From: a virus
UHGV virus genome: UHGV-0039337
Direction: 5' to 3' (one strand)
DNA length: 64,000 nucleotides
Numbering within the stretch: position 1 is the first letter of the stretch; each line of letters starts with the position of its first letter. This document shows positions 56,770 to 64,000 of the stretch, one piece after another. The position numbers were made by a program, and so were the translations under genes. The notes beneath the pieces are model-generated. The model ran no database searches. It was given only the letters and a program-made list of their open reading frames with translations, and was not told the origin of the DNA.

Positions 56770-58002
56770 ATGAATAGTGATGAATTAAAGCGTATGAATA
56801 AAGGATTCATGAGAAAAGATGGAAAATTCTTTTTACCTGTTACTCATGAATCTTTAGTAGTTGACAATAACGGTGCTAACATTAAAGAAAAATATATGTT
56901 AAAAACTGATCTAAGTAATTATGCTACTGAAGATTTTGTTAAAGATTATGTTCTTCGAGCACAGCTAGGAGGATCAGAAGCCGTAGATTTAAGTCAATTT
57001 GCTAAAGCAGATCATAATCATGATGATAGATATTTAAAACTTGATGATGCAAAAGAAGCATTTGACAATAAGGTAAATAAGGAAGAAGGAAAATCTTTAG
57101 TATCAGATGAAGATATAGCTAAATTAGCTACATTAAAAAATTATGATGATACTGAAATTAGAGGATTACTTACAGATAAAGCTCCAGCTAATCATAATCA
57201 TGATGATAGATATGCAGCTAAAAACTTTGAACATACTCATGAAAATAAAGCTGTATTAGATGAAATCACATTGGTTAGAATGAATACTTGGGATAGTAAA
57301 TCTGATTTTAGTGGTTCATATAGAGACCTAACAGATAAACCAGAGATACCTTCTATTGAAGGATTAGCTACTCAAGAATTTGTTGAAACAAGAATAAAAG
57401 AAGCTGCTAAACCTAACTTTAATTTTAAGGTAAATCTAATAGCTTCAAATCAAGAAGCATATGTTACTACTACTGGTGAATATCCTGATTTAATTATAAC
57501 ATTTAATATACCTCAAGGCACAGGTAGTGGTGGTACAGATACTCCTACAAAACCAGATACAGGTACTCCTAGAATGTGGATAGGGTATATATATTGGGAC
57601 GAAACAGGCACTGCTGGAGTAAATACTGTTGAAGCTATGGCTAATAAAATAACAAAATCAGATATTGATAAAGCTAAAATTAGAGGTGGCTTGAAAGAAA
57701 TGGATCCTCAAACTCTTGATGACTATTCATGTGGAAATACTGAAAAATCAGATGATGGAGTTTATGTATGTTGTATATATCCTGAATCTAGCAATTTTGA
57801 TATAATGATAATGACTAGTGAATTATCAGGTAAATTTGATCATTTTAGCAATATAAATAGTGAAGATGGAAGTACAGGATACACGCTATGTCAACAAGCT
57901 TTAAAAATAGACGGACAAATAGATGGCGTTACTTATTGCCAATCAGGTGCTTTTGTAGCAGCTGATGGTTCAAAATATCGTCTAAGAGTACGACAACTTT
58001 AG
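56770..58002 (+). CDS. Tail fibre protein with repeated HxH modules, ~410 aa.
   Basis: The track start is 56734. ATG 56770 is preferred (RBS gaaggtggtga). Internal repeats DHNHDDRY...KNYDDTEIRGLLTDKA / NHNHDDRY...HTHENKAVLDEIT...WDSKSDFSGSY...DKPEIPSIEGLA are shared with downstream fibre genes. Confidence 0.6.
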   Translation: MNSDELKRMNKGFMRKDGKFFLPVTHESLVVDNNGANIKEKYMLKTDLSNYATEDFVKDYVLRAQLGGSEAVDLSQFAKADHNHDDRYLKLDDAKEAFDNKVNKEEGKSLVSDEDIAKLATLKNYDDTEIRGLLTDKAPANHNHDDRYAAKNFEHTHENKAVLDEITLVRMNTWDSKSDFSGSYRDLTDKPEIPSIEGLATQEFVETRIKEAAKPNFNFKVNLIASNQEAYVTTTGEYPDLIITFNIPQGTGSGGTDTPTKPDTGTPRMWIGYIYWDETGTAGVNTVEAMANKITKSDIDKAKIRGGLKEMDPQTLDDYSCGNTEKSDDGVYVCCIYPESSNFDIMIMTSELSGKFDHFSNINSEDGSTGYTLCQQALKIDGQIDGVTYCQSGAFVAADGSKYRLRVRQL

Positions 58003-58016
58003 TAGGAGGTGATTAA

Positions 58017-59018
58017 ATGTCTACAGATTTTACTACAGATGTTGAAAAAATAACGGGTGCATTATTACCTAGCGCTGCTGATATTCCTCTTGATATAAGA
58101 ACTAGGGTAGAAACAGAAGCAGATATAATGAACATACCTAAACCTTATATAGGTATGATAGTATATGTTAAAGATACTGGAAAACGTTATGAAATATTAA
58201 CTTTAAAAAATAAAAAACAAGGACCTACTATTATAAAAAATGCTGCAGTTGATACATACAAAGAATTTGGTAGCGAATATGCAACTAAAATAGAGTTAGC
58301 TTCAACAGACTCTGAATTAGATACTGCACAAGAAAATATAACTACTTTGGAAGAAACATTGAGTAAATTGCTTCATCCTTATAAAGCACCAGAAGTATCT
58401 TTATCAGTAGTTAGAGCTCCTATAAGTTTAGTACTTGAAAAAGGCGAAACAGTTAACGTTGCTAAATTAGAAACTAAAATAGTTAAAAATTCTGAAAATA
58501 TAACTAAAGTAGTTTTTTATCAAAATGATATTGCGTTAAAAACTATAACAGAAAATGTAACTGCAGGAGGAACTTTCGAATATTCTTTTGAAAATGCTGT
58601 ACAGTTACAAGATGATATTACTAAAGAATATTTTAGAGTAGAAGTTACTGATGCTAGTAATAATATAATAGGTGTAAATGCACAAGATATTAATTTTGTT
58701 TATCCATATTATTTTGGTATAATAGATGAAAATGAATTAATAGATGGTAATATTATCAAGAGCTTTAATAAAGTTATAGAAGTTAAAAAAGATCAATCTT
58801 ATACATACACATCTAATAACCAACATATGGTTTTTGCTTTCCCAAAAGCATATAAAAGCTTATCAAAAATAGTAGATGCTAACGGATTTATATTAACAGC
58901 TACATTTGAAGTTGAAGAAATCGATGTAGAATGTTTAGATGGCACAACTCAAATTTACTATGTATATAAAAACGGAGCGTCTACAATCTCAAATTATAAT
59001 ATAACTTTTAAATTTTAA
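58017..59018 (+). CDS. Tail fibre / receptor-binding protein paralog A, 333 aa.
   Basis: Strong RBS taggaggtga. N- and C-terminal modules are shared with 59034..60836. Confidence 0.55.
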   Translation: MSTDFTTDVEKITGALLPSAADIPLDIRTRVETEADIMNIPKPYIGMIVYVKDTGKRYEILTLKNKKQGPTIIKNAAVDTYKEFGSEYATKIELASTDSELDTAQENITTLEETLSKLLHPYKAPEVSLSVVRAPISLVLEKGETVNVAKLETKIVKNSENITKVVFYQNDIALKTITENVTAGGTFEYSFENAVQLQDDITKEYFRVEVTDASNNIIGVNAQDINFVYPYYFGIIDENELIDGNIIKSFNKVIEVKKDQSYTYTSNNQHMVFAFPKAYKSLSKIVDANGFILTATFEVEEIDVECLDGTTQIYYVYKNGASTISNYNITFKF

Positions 59019-59033
59019 TAAAGGAGTGATAAC

Positions 59034-60836
59034 ATGGCAGATAATAACTTATTTTATGGTAAAGGTATTACCGTAGCTTCTGGTTTTGACCTTGGAGCAA
59101 AATCACCTTTAGACCATCGTTTAGTTGTACAAACTGCTGAAGAACGTGATGCTCATATTACAGGAAACAGAGCTTATCCTGGTATGTTAGTATACGTTAA
59201 AGATGAGGATAAAACATACAGATTTAATGGTACAGTTTTTGTTGAATTTGGTGTAACTGATTTATCTGAATATGCTAAGACTGCTGATGTTGAAAAGAAA
59301 ATAGCAGATGCTGTAACTAGCGGAACTATAGACTTAACAGCATACGCAAAAACTGCTGATATGAATAAAGCATTAGAAGGTAAAGTAGATAAAGTAGAAG
59401 GTAAGTCATTAATAGCTGATACTGAAATAACTAGATTAGCTGAAGTTAAAAATTATGACGATACTGAAGTTAAAGGACTTATAGATGGTAAAGCTGATAA
59501 GATTCATAAACATAGTTATAATGATTTAGACAATAAACCTGAAATACCAAGTATAGAAGGCTTAGCTTCTAAAACATATGTAGATGGCAAAGTATCAGAT
59601 TTAGTTAATGGTGCTCCAGAAGCAATGGACACTTTACAAGAATTAGCTAAAGCTATAACTGATCATCAAACTGTTTATGACGCTTATGTTCAAACTGTGT
59701 CTAATAACTTAGCTAAAAAAGTTGACATAGTAGAAGGTAAATCTTTAGTTGCTGATACTGAAATAGCTAAGATACATGAACATGCAAACAAAGAAGAATT
59801 AGATAAAATAGAAGTTGGAGACAAAGCTAAATGGGATTCTAAAGCAGATGGCGATCACAACCATGATGGTATATATTTAAAAGAAGTACCAGCTGAATAC
59901 ATAACTGAAGAAGAACTAGCTGCTGAAGGATTCTTGAAAGAACATCAAAGTTTAGTAGATTATGCTAAAACAGCTGATGTTGATACTAAATTAGCTGGAA
60001 AAGCTCCACTTGAACATACTCATAGCTATAACGATTTAGAAGATAAACCAGTAATACCTGATGTATCTGGATTTGCTACTAAAAAAGATGAAGATGCTAG
60101 AGAAAAATTTGTTACAGATGTATTAACAGTAAATACATTAGGTGGTATAACTGCTGGTGCGGATTTAAATGGACTAACAGTAAAAGAAATATTAAATAAA
60201 TTATTATATCCATATGTAAAACCTATTGTATCTGCAAAAGGTAATCCTAATGGTGGTATATTTGAAAAAGGTAAAAATCAAGTAATTACTAATGTACAAG
60301 TAAGTGTTACTAAAAAATCTGAAAAGATAACTAAAATAGAAGTATTTGATGGGGCTAATTCTCTAGGAGTACAAGAAGGAGATGCTGTAGCTGGTGGAGG
60401 TACTTACAACTTCACAGTTAATATTCCAGTAGAATCTGTTAATAAAACTTTAACAGCTAAAGTTACTGATGCATCTAATACAGTAACTAGTGCAAATACA
60501 GCTTCATTTACTTTTGTATATCCATATTATACAGGTATAGCTGCTGAAGATGCTGAAATAAACGAAGAGTTTGTAAAAGGATTAACTAAGAAAGTAGAAG
60601 TTAAAGGTAATAAGACTGTAGCTTATACATGTAATAATGAAAAAATGGTATTTGCTTATCCAAAAGCTTATGGTGTTATAAAACAAATATTTGACCCTAA
60701 TAATTTTGATGTTACAGGAACATTTACAAGAACTGAAGTTTCAATTACAGGATTAGATGGAACTGCTCAAGCATATTATGTTTATACTAATGGTGCTTCA
60801 ACAGTAGATAACTTTAATATGAGATTTAACTATTAG
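59034..60836 (+). CDS. Tail fibre / receptor-binding protein paralog B, 600 aa.
   Basis: N-terminus GKGITVASGFDLGAKSPLDHR...AEERDAHITGNRAYPGMLVYVKDE is shared with 60854. HxH repeat modules (HKHSYNDLDNKPEIPSIEGLA, DHNHDG, EHTHSYNDLEDKPVIPD). C-terminus FVYPYYTG...MVFAYPKAY...GLDGTAQAYYVYTNGAST is shared with 58017. Confidence 0.6.
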   Translation: MADNNLFYGKGITVASGFDLGAKSPLDHRLVVQTAEERDAHITGNRAYPGMLVYVKDEDKTYRFNGTVFVEFGVTDLSEYAKTADVEKKIADAVTSGTIDLTAYAKTADMNKALEGKVDKVEGKSLIADTEITRLAEVKNYDDTEVKGLIDGKADKIHKHSYNDLDNKPEIPSIEGLASKTYVDGKVSDLVNGAPEAMDTLQELAKAITDHQTVYDAYVQTVSNNLAKKVDIVEGKSLVADTEIAKIHEHANKEELDKIEVGDKAKWDSKADGDHNHDGIYLKEVPAEYITEEELAAEGFLKEHQSLVDYAKTADVDTKLAGKAPLEHTHSYNDLEDKPVIPDVSGFATKKDEDAREKFVTDVLTVNTLGGITAGADLNGLTVKEILNKLLYPYVKPIVSAKGNPNGGIFEKGKNQVITNVQVSVTKKSEKITKIEVFDGANSLGVQEGDAVAGGGTYNFTVNIPVESVNKTLTAKVTDASNTVTSANTASFTFVYPYYTGIAAEDAEINEEFVKGLTKKVEVKGNKTVAYTCNNEKMVFAYPKAYGVIKQIFDPNNFDVTGTFTRTEVSITGLDGTAQAYYVYTNGASTVDNFNMRFNY

Positions 60837-60853
60837 AAAATAGGTGATTAATA

Positions 60854-61516
60854 ATGGCAAGCGAACCTATATATGGTAAAGGTATTGTTGTAGCATCTGG
60901 TTTTGATTTAAGTGCCAAATCACCTTTAGATAGTCGTTCTATTGTTAATACTATTGAAGAACGTGACGCTCACGTAAAAGGTAATCGTGCTTATCCTGGT
61001 ATGACAGTGTTCGTTCTTGATGAGCAAAAAGAATATAGATATACTGGTACGCAATGGATTGAAATATTAAATGATTTAAATGCTGTACATACACATAATA
61101 ATAAAGATGTACTTGATAACATAACAGCATTAGATATATCTACTTGGAATGCTAAAAGTGATTTTAGTGGATCATATAATGATTTAACAGATAAGCCAAC
61201 AATACCTACAAAAGTTTCAGAGTTAACGAATGATTTATCGTTAGCATCTGAATCTTTTGTTACAAATAAAATAGCTGAGGCTAAATTAGAACAAAGCAAA
61301 ATAGATTTGAGTGGTTTTGCTACTAAAGACGATTTACTTGATTATGTAAGTAATAATGACTTAGCTGCCACACTTGTTGATTATGTAACAGTAAACGATC
61401 TAAAGGCTGAAGGATATACTACGCAAACGTATGTAGATAATAAAATAGCCACTCATGAACATGTTATATTGACTTCTACTGAAGCTGAAACTATGTTTAA
61501 TGATTTATATAAATAA
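60854..61516 (+). CDS. Tail fibre paralog C, 220 aa.
   Basis: N-terminus GKGIVVASGFDLSAKSPLDSR...EERDAHVKGNRAYPGMTVFV is paralogous to 59034. Carries the VHTHNNKDVLDNITALDISTWNAKSDFSGSYNDLTDKPTIP module. Confidence 0.55.
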   Translation: MASEPIYGKGIVVASGFDLSAKSPLDSRSIVNTIEERDAHVKGNRAYPGMTVFVLDEQKEYRYTGTQWIEILNDLNAVHTHNNKDVLDNITALDISTWNAKSDFSGSYNDLTDKPTIPTKVSELTNDLSLASESFVTNKIAEAKLEQSKIDLSGFATKDDLLDYVSNNDLAATLVDYVTVNDLKAEGYTTQTYVDNKIATHEHVILTSTEAETMFNDLYK

Positions 61517-61545
61517 AATTTGCGTTGAAAGGAACTGATTGTATA

Positions 61546-63843
61546 ATGGCTGATAAAATAAAATATATTGATTCTGTCCAATTACAATATTTACTTGGTA
61601 AATTAAGAGATAAAAATGTAGAGTTGTTTTTAGGAAAACATGCTGTAGCTGATGAAGCTGCAAAAGTTTCTAAAAATTTAACTTTAACTGTAGGAGATTC
61701 AGATATAGTATTTGATGGTTCTACAGCACAATCTGCTGCCGTAGCTGCTAAATCACATATTCACACTCATGCTGACATATCTGACTTTGCAGGCGCAGTT
61801 AAAAAAGCTGCTTTTGGTAGCGAAGATGCATCTATGACTGCTCATACTCATGATAACTTAACTGTATTAGATAAATTATCAGATGATAAATTAGCTGCAT
61901 GGGATGCTAAAATAAGTGTAGATGACATAGAAAAAATAAAATATACTAATGCTGGTGTTGGTGGAGCTACTAACGTTAAAAATGCATTAGATATATTAGT
62001 TAAAAATGTTCAAATAAACTTAGCTGCATTAGGAGATGCTACCGCTAATGTTAATGGATTAGCTAGTAGAATAACTGCTGCTGAAAAAGATATAGATGCA
62101 GTTGAAGGTAGAGCTACTGCTTTAGAAGCTGCTGTTGGAGATGACAAAACTGGTTTAGTTAAAGACGTCGCTGACTTAAAAACTGCTACTGGTGAAGGTG
62201 GAGCAGTCACAGCTGCTATAGCAGATGCTAAAAAAGCTGGTACTGATGCTGCTGCTGCAGTTGGTGTTGAAGAAGGTAGAGCTACAAAAGCTGAAACTGG
62301 ATTAAGTACAAGAATAAAAGCTATTGAAGATAATTATCTAAAAGAAGCTGATAAAACTGAATTAGCAGGTCAAATATCAGCTGAGCAAACTAGAGCTGAA
62401 GGCAAAGAAGCTGAAATTAAAAAAGTTGCAGATGCTAATGCTGCCGCTATAGAAAAATTAAATGGAGCAGATACAGTTGTAGGCTCTGTTGCTAATGCTG
62501 TTTTAGTAGAAAAAAATAGAGCTTTGGCTGCTGAACAAAAAGCTCAACAACAAGCTGATGCTAATAAAGATGCTATAGCTATATTAAACGGTGATGGAGA
62601 AGGCTCTGTAGATAAAAAAATAGCAGATAAAATAGCTGAAGTAAATACTTCTACAGGAAATCTTACAAATAGAGTTAAAGCTAACGAAACTGCTATAGGT
62701 AAAGCTACTGATGCTAAAGCTGCTGATGGTTCTTTATATGCAAGAATAGCTCAAAACGTAGCTGATATAGATGCTATAGAAGCTGACTATTTAAAAGCTG
62801 CTGATAAAACAGCTTTACAAAATGCTATAGATACTGAAAAAGGAAGAATGGATACTTTCTTGGCTGCTGCTGATTTAAAAGATGGTGCTGTAGATACATT
62901 AAAAGAAATACAAGAATATATAACTACTCATGGTGCAGCTGCTGATGAAATGGTTAAAAACATAGCTGCTAATAAAACAGCTATAGATGCTATAAATAAT
63001 ACTGAAACTGGTATATTAAAAACTGCTAAAGATTATGCAGATACTCAAGATGGAGCTTTACATACTACTATAACTGGTGAAATATCTACTGCTAAATCTG
63101 AAGCTATAGCTGATGCTGCAAGTAAAGATAAAGCTTTACATACTGCTATATCTAAAGAAATAGATGGCGACGTTAAAGTTGTTAGTGATGCATTAGCAGA
63201 AGAAGTTAAAACTGCAAGAGCTGCTGAAAAAGAAAATAAAGATGCTATAACTAAATTAAATGGAAATGCTGAAACTGAAGGATCTGTAGATTATAAAATA
63301 GCTCAATATAATAAAACTGCAGAAGGTGTTACTAGTGCGTTAACTAATAGAGTAACTGCTGCTGAAGGTGATATAGATACATTACAAGCTACAGTTAATA
63401 AATTAGACGGTACTGCTGATACAGAAGGATCAATTAAAAAACAAATAGCTGATGCTAGAGCTGATTTAGTTGCTGCAGATGCTCAAGTATTAAAAGATGC
63501 TAAACAATACGCTTCAGATGAAGATGCTAAAATAAATGCAGTAATAGGTGTTAAAGCCGTAGGAGAACAAGCTGCTACTGGATTATGTAAAGATATTGCA
63601 GATAACGCTGCTGCTATAGCTGCTGAGAAAAAAAGAGCAATGGCTGCTGAAGAAGCTAATAAAACTGCAATAGAGTCTAATGATACAGATATAACTGATC
63701 TTCAAAATAGAATGGATACTGCAGAAAGTGATATAACTACTCATAGTAACAATATAAAAGCTTTACAAGAATATGTAAACAATCATGTTACTGCTACTCA
63801 AGCAGATATAGATGCTATATTAACTGCTGTATATGGTGCATAA
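61546..63843 (+). CDS. Ala-rich fibrous (coiled-coil/periodic) tail fibre protein, ~765 aa.
   Basis: The track start is TTG 61525. ATG 61546 is preferred. N-terminal HIHTHAD / AHTHDNLTVLDKLSDDKLAAWDAK module is shared with other fibres. Periodic A(I)xKLNG...EGSVDxKIA repeats. GCT-rich codons. Confidence 0.55.
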   Translation: MADKIKYIDSVQLQYLLGKLRDKNVELFLGKHAVADEAAKVSKNLTLTVGDSDIVFDGSTAQSAAVAAKSHIHTHADISDFAGAVKKAAFGSEDASMTAHTHDNLTVLDKLSDDKLAAWDAKISVDDIEKIKYTNAGVGGATNVKNALDILVKNVQINLAALGDATANVNGLASRITAAEKDIDAVEGRATALEAAVGDDKTGLVKDVADLKTATGEGGAVTAAIADAKKAGTDAAAAVGVEEGRATKAETGLSTRIKAIEDNYLKEADKTELAGQISAEQTRAEGKEAEIKKVADANAAAIEKLNGADTVVGSVANAVLVEKNRALAAEQKAQQQADANKDAIAILNGDGEGSVDKKIADKIAEVNTSTGNLTNRVKANETAIGKATDAKAADGSLYARIAQNVADIDAIEADYLKAADKTALQNAIDTEKGRMDTFLAAADLKDGAVDTLKEIQEYITTHGAAADEMVKNIAANKTAIDAINNTETGILKTAKDYADTQDGALHTTITGEISTAKSEAIADAASKDKALHTAISKEIDGDVKVVSDALAEEVKTARAAEKENKDAITKLNGNAETEGSVDYKIAQYNKTAEGVTSALTNRVTAAEGDIDTLQATVNKLDGTADTEGSIKKQIADARADLVAADAQVLKDAKQYASDEDAKINAVIGVKAVGEQAATGLCKDIADNAAAIAAEKKRAMAAEEANKTAIESNDTDITDLQNRMDTAESDITTHSNNIKALQEYVNNHVTATQADIDAILTAVYGA

Positions 63844-63851
63844 TTAATTTA

Positions 63852-63895
63852 ATATAATACACGGCCTTCGGTTTGTACCGGAGGCTATATTATAT
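63852..63895 (+). terminator. GC-cored imperfect hairpin after the last fibre gene (terminator-like; weak U-tract).
   Basis: Core 8-bp stem gccttcgg/ccggaggc (63864-63871 / 63878-63885, one G-U pair), loop tttgta. Flanked by the inverted octamers atataata (63852-63859) and tattatat (63888-63895). Confidence 0.3.
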
Positions 63896-63907
63896 GAGGT
63901 GATAATA

Positions 63908-64000
63908 ATGAGTAATAAAAAAGTTACTGGAGACGCCTTAAATAGAATTCTCAAAGCTAATAAAGAATATATAGATAACAGAGATTTGGGATTTGAAGAA
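63908..64000 (+). CDS. 3'-truncated ORF (continues beyond the window); function unknown.
   Basis: ATG with the RBS tgaggtga. In frame to the window end. Confidence 0.4.
   Translation, partial: MSNKKVTGDALNRILKANKEYIDNRDLGFEE

Noticed and set aside
1-64000. tRNA genes, CRISPR arrays, integrase or transposase, or other mobile elements.
   Set aside because: Intergenic regions are all under 100 nt. No cloverleaf-capable GC-rich stretches, no repeat-spacer periodicity and no recombinase-like ORFs were seen.

Overview
The window is a single, uninterrupted, all-plus-strand structural and morphogenesis module of a large contractile-tailed (myovirus-type) phage. The DNA is very AT-rich with Clostridia-like codon usage. 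Host and GC content are inferred by eye, not computed.

Gene order is: a 5'-truncated acidic scaffold-like gene; two capsid-type genes (521 aa and 419 aa, the latter with an HK97/T4 gp23-like signature); neck/unknown genes; a 972-aa tail sheath; an XkdM-like tail tube followed by two further tube paralogs (one of them 930 aa); two tandem tail-assembly chaperone paralogs; a 2089-aa tape measure; two giant ORFs (3025 and 2806 aa); baseplate genes (gp25/W-like, J-like); and a long run of large baseplate/fibre genes ending in a mosaic family of tail fibres. Rho-independent terminator hairpins follow the sheath, tube, tape-measure, giant-1 and a small fibre-region gene. No tRNA, CRISPR, transposase or minus-strand genes are supported; every minus-strand ORF in the track is embedded in a plus-strand gene.

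Most notable are the two giant proteins between the tape measure and the baseplate. Giant-1 carries an N-terminal DEDDh (DnaQ-like) 3'-5' exonuclease motif set. At aa ~1980-2400 it carries motifs that match, by eye, the universal two-barrel (multisubunit-type) RNA polymerase catalytic core: GGQRIGNME resembling beta GGQRFGEME, NIRYPL resembling NRAPTLH, and NGDSDGDSM resembling NADFDGDQM. Together these suggest a single-chain, probably virion-injected, RNA polymerase-exonuclease. Giant-2 contains an EndA/DNA-entry-type non-specific nuclease domain fused upstream of a gpD/XkdQ-like baseplate hub domain. All functional calls rest on motif recognition and gene order and need profile or structure searches to confirm.
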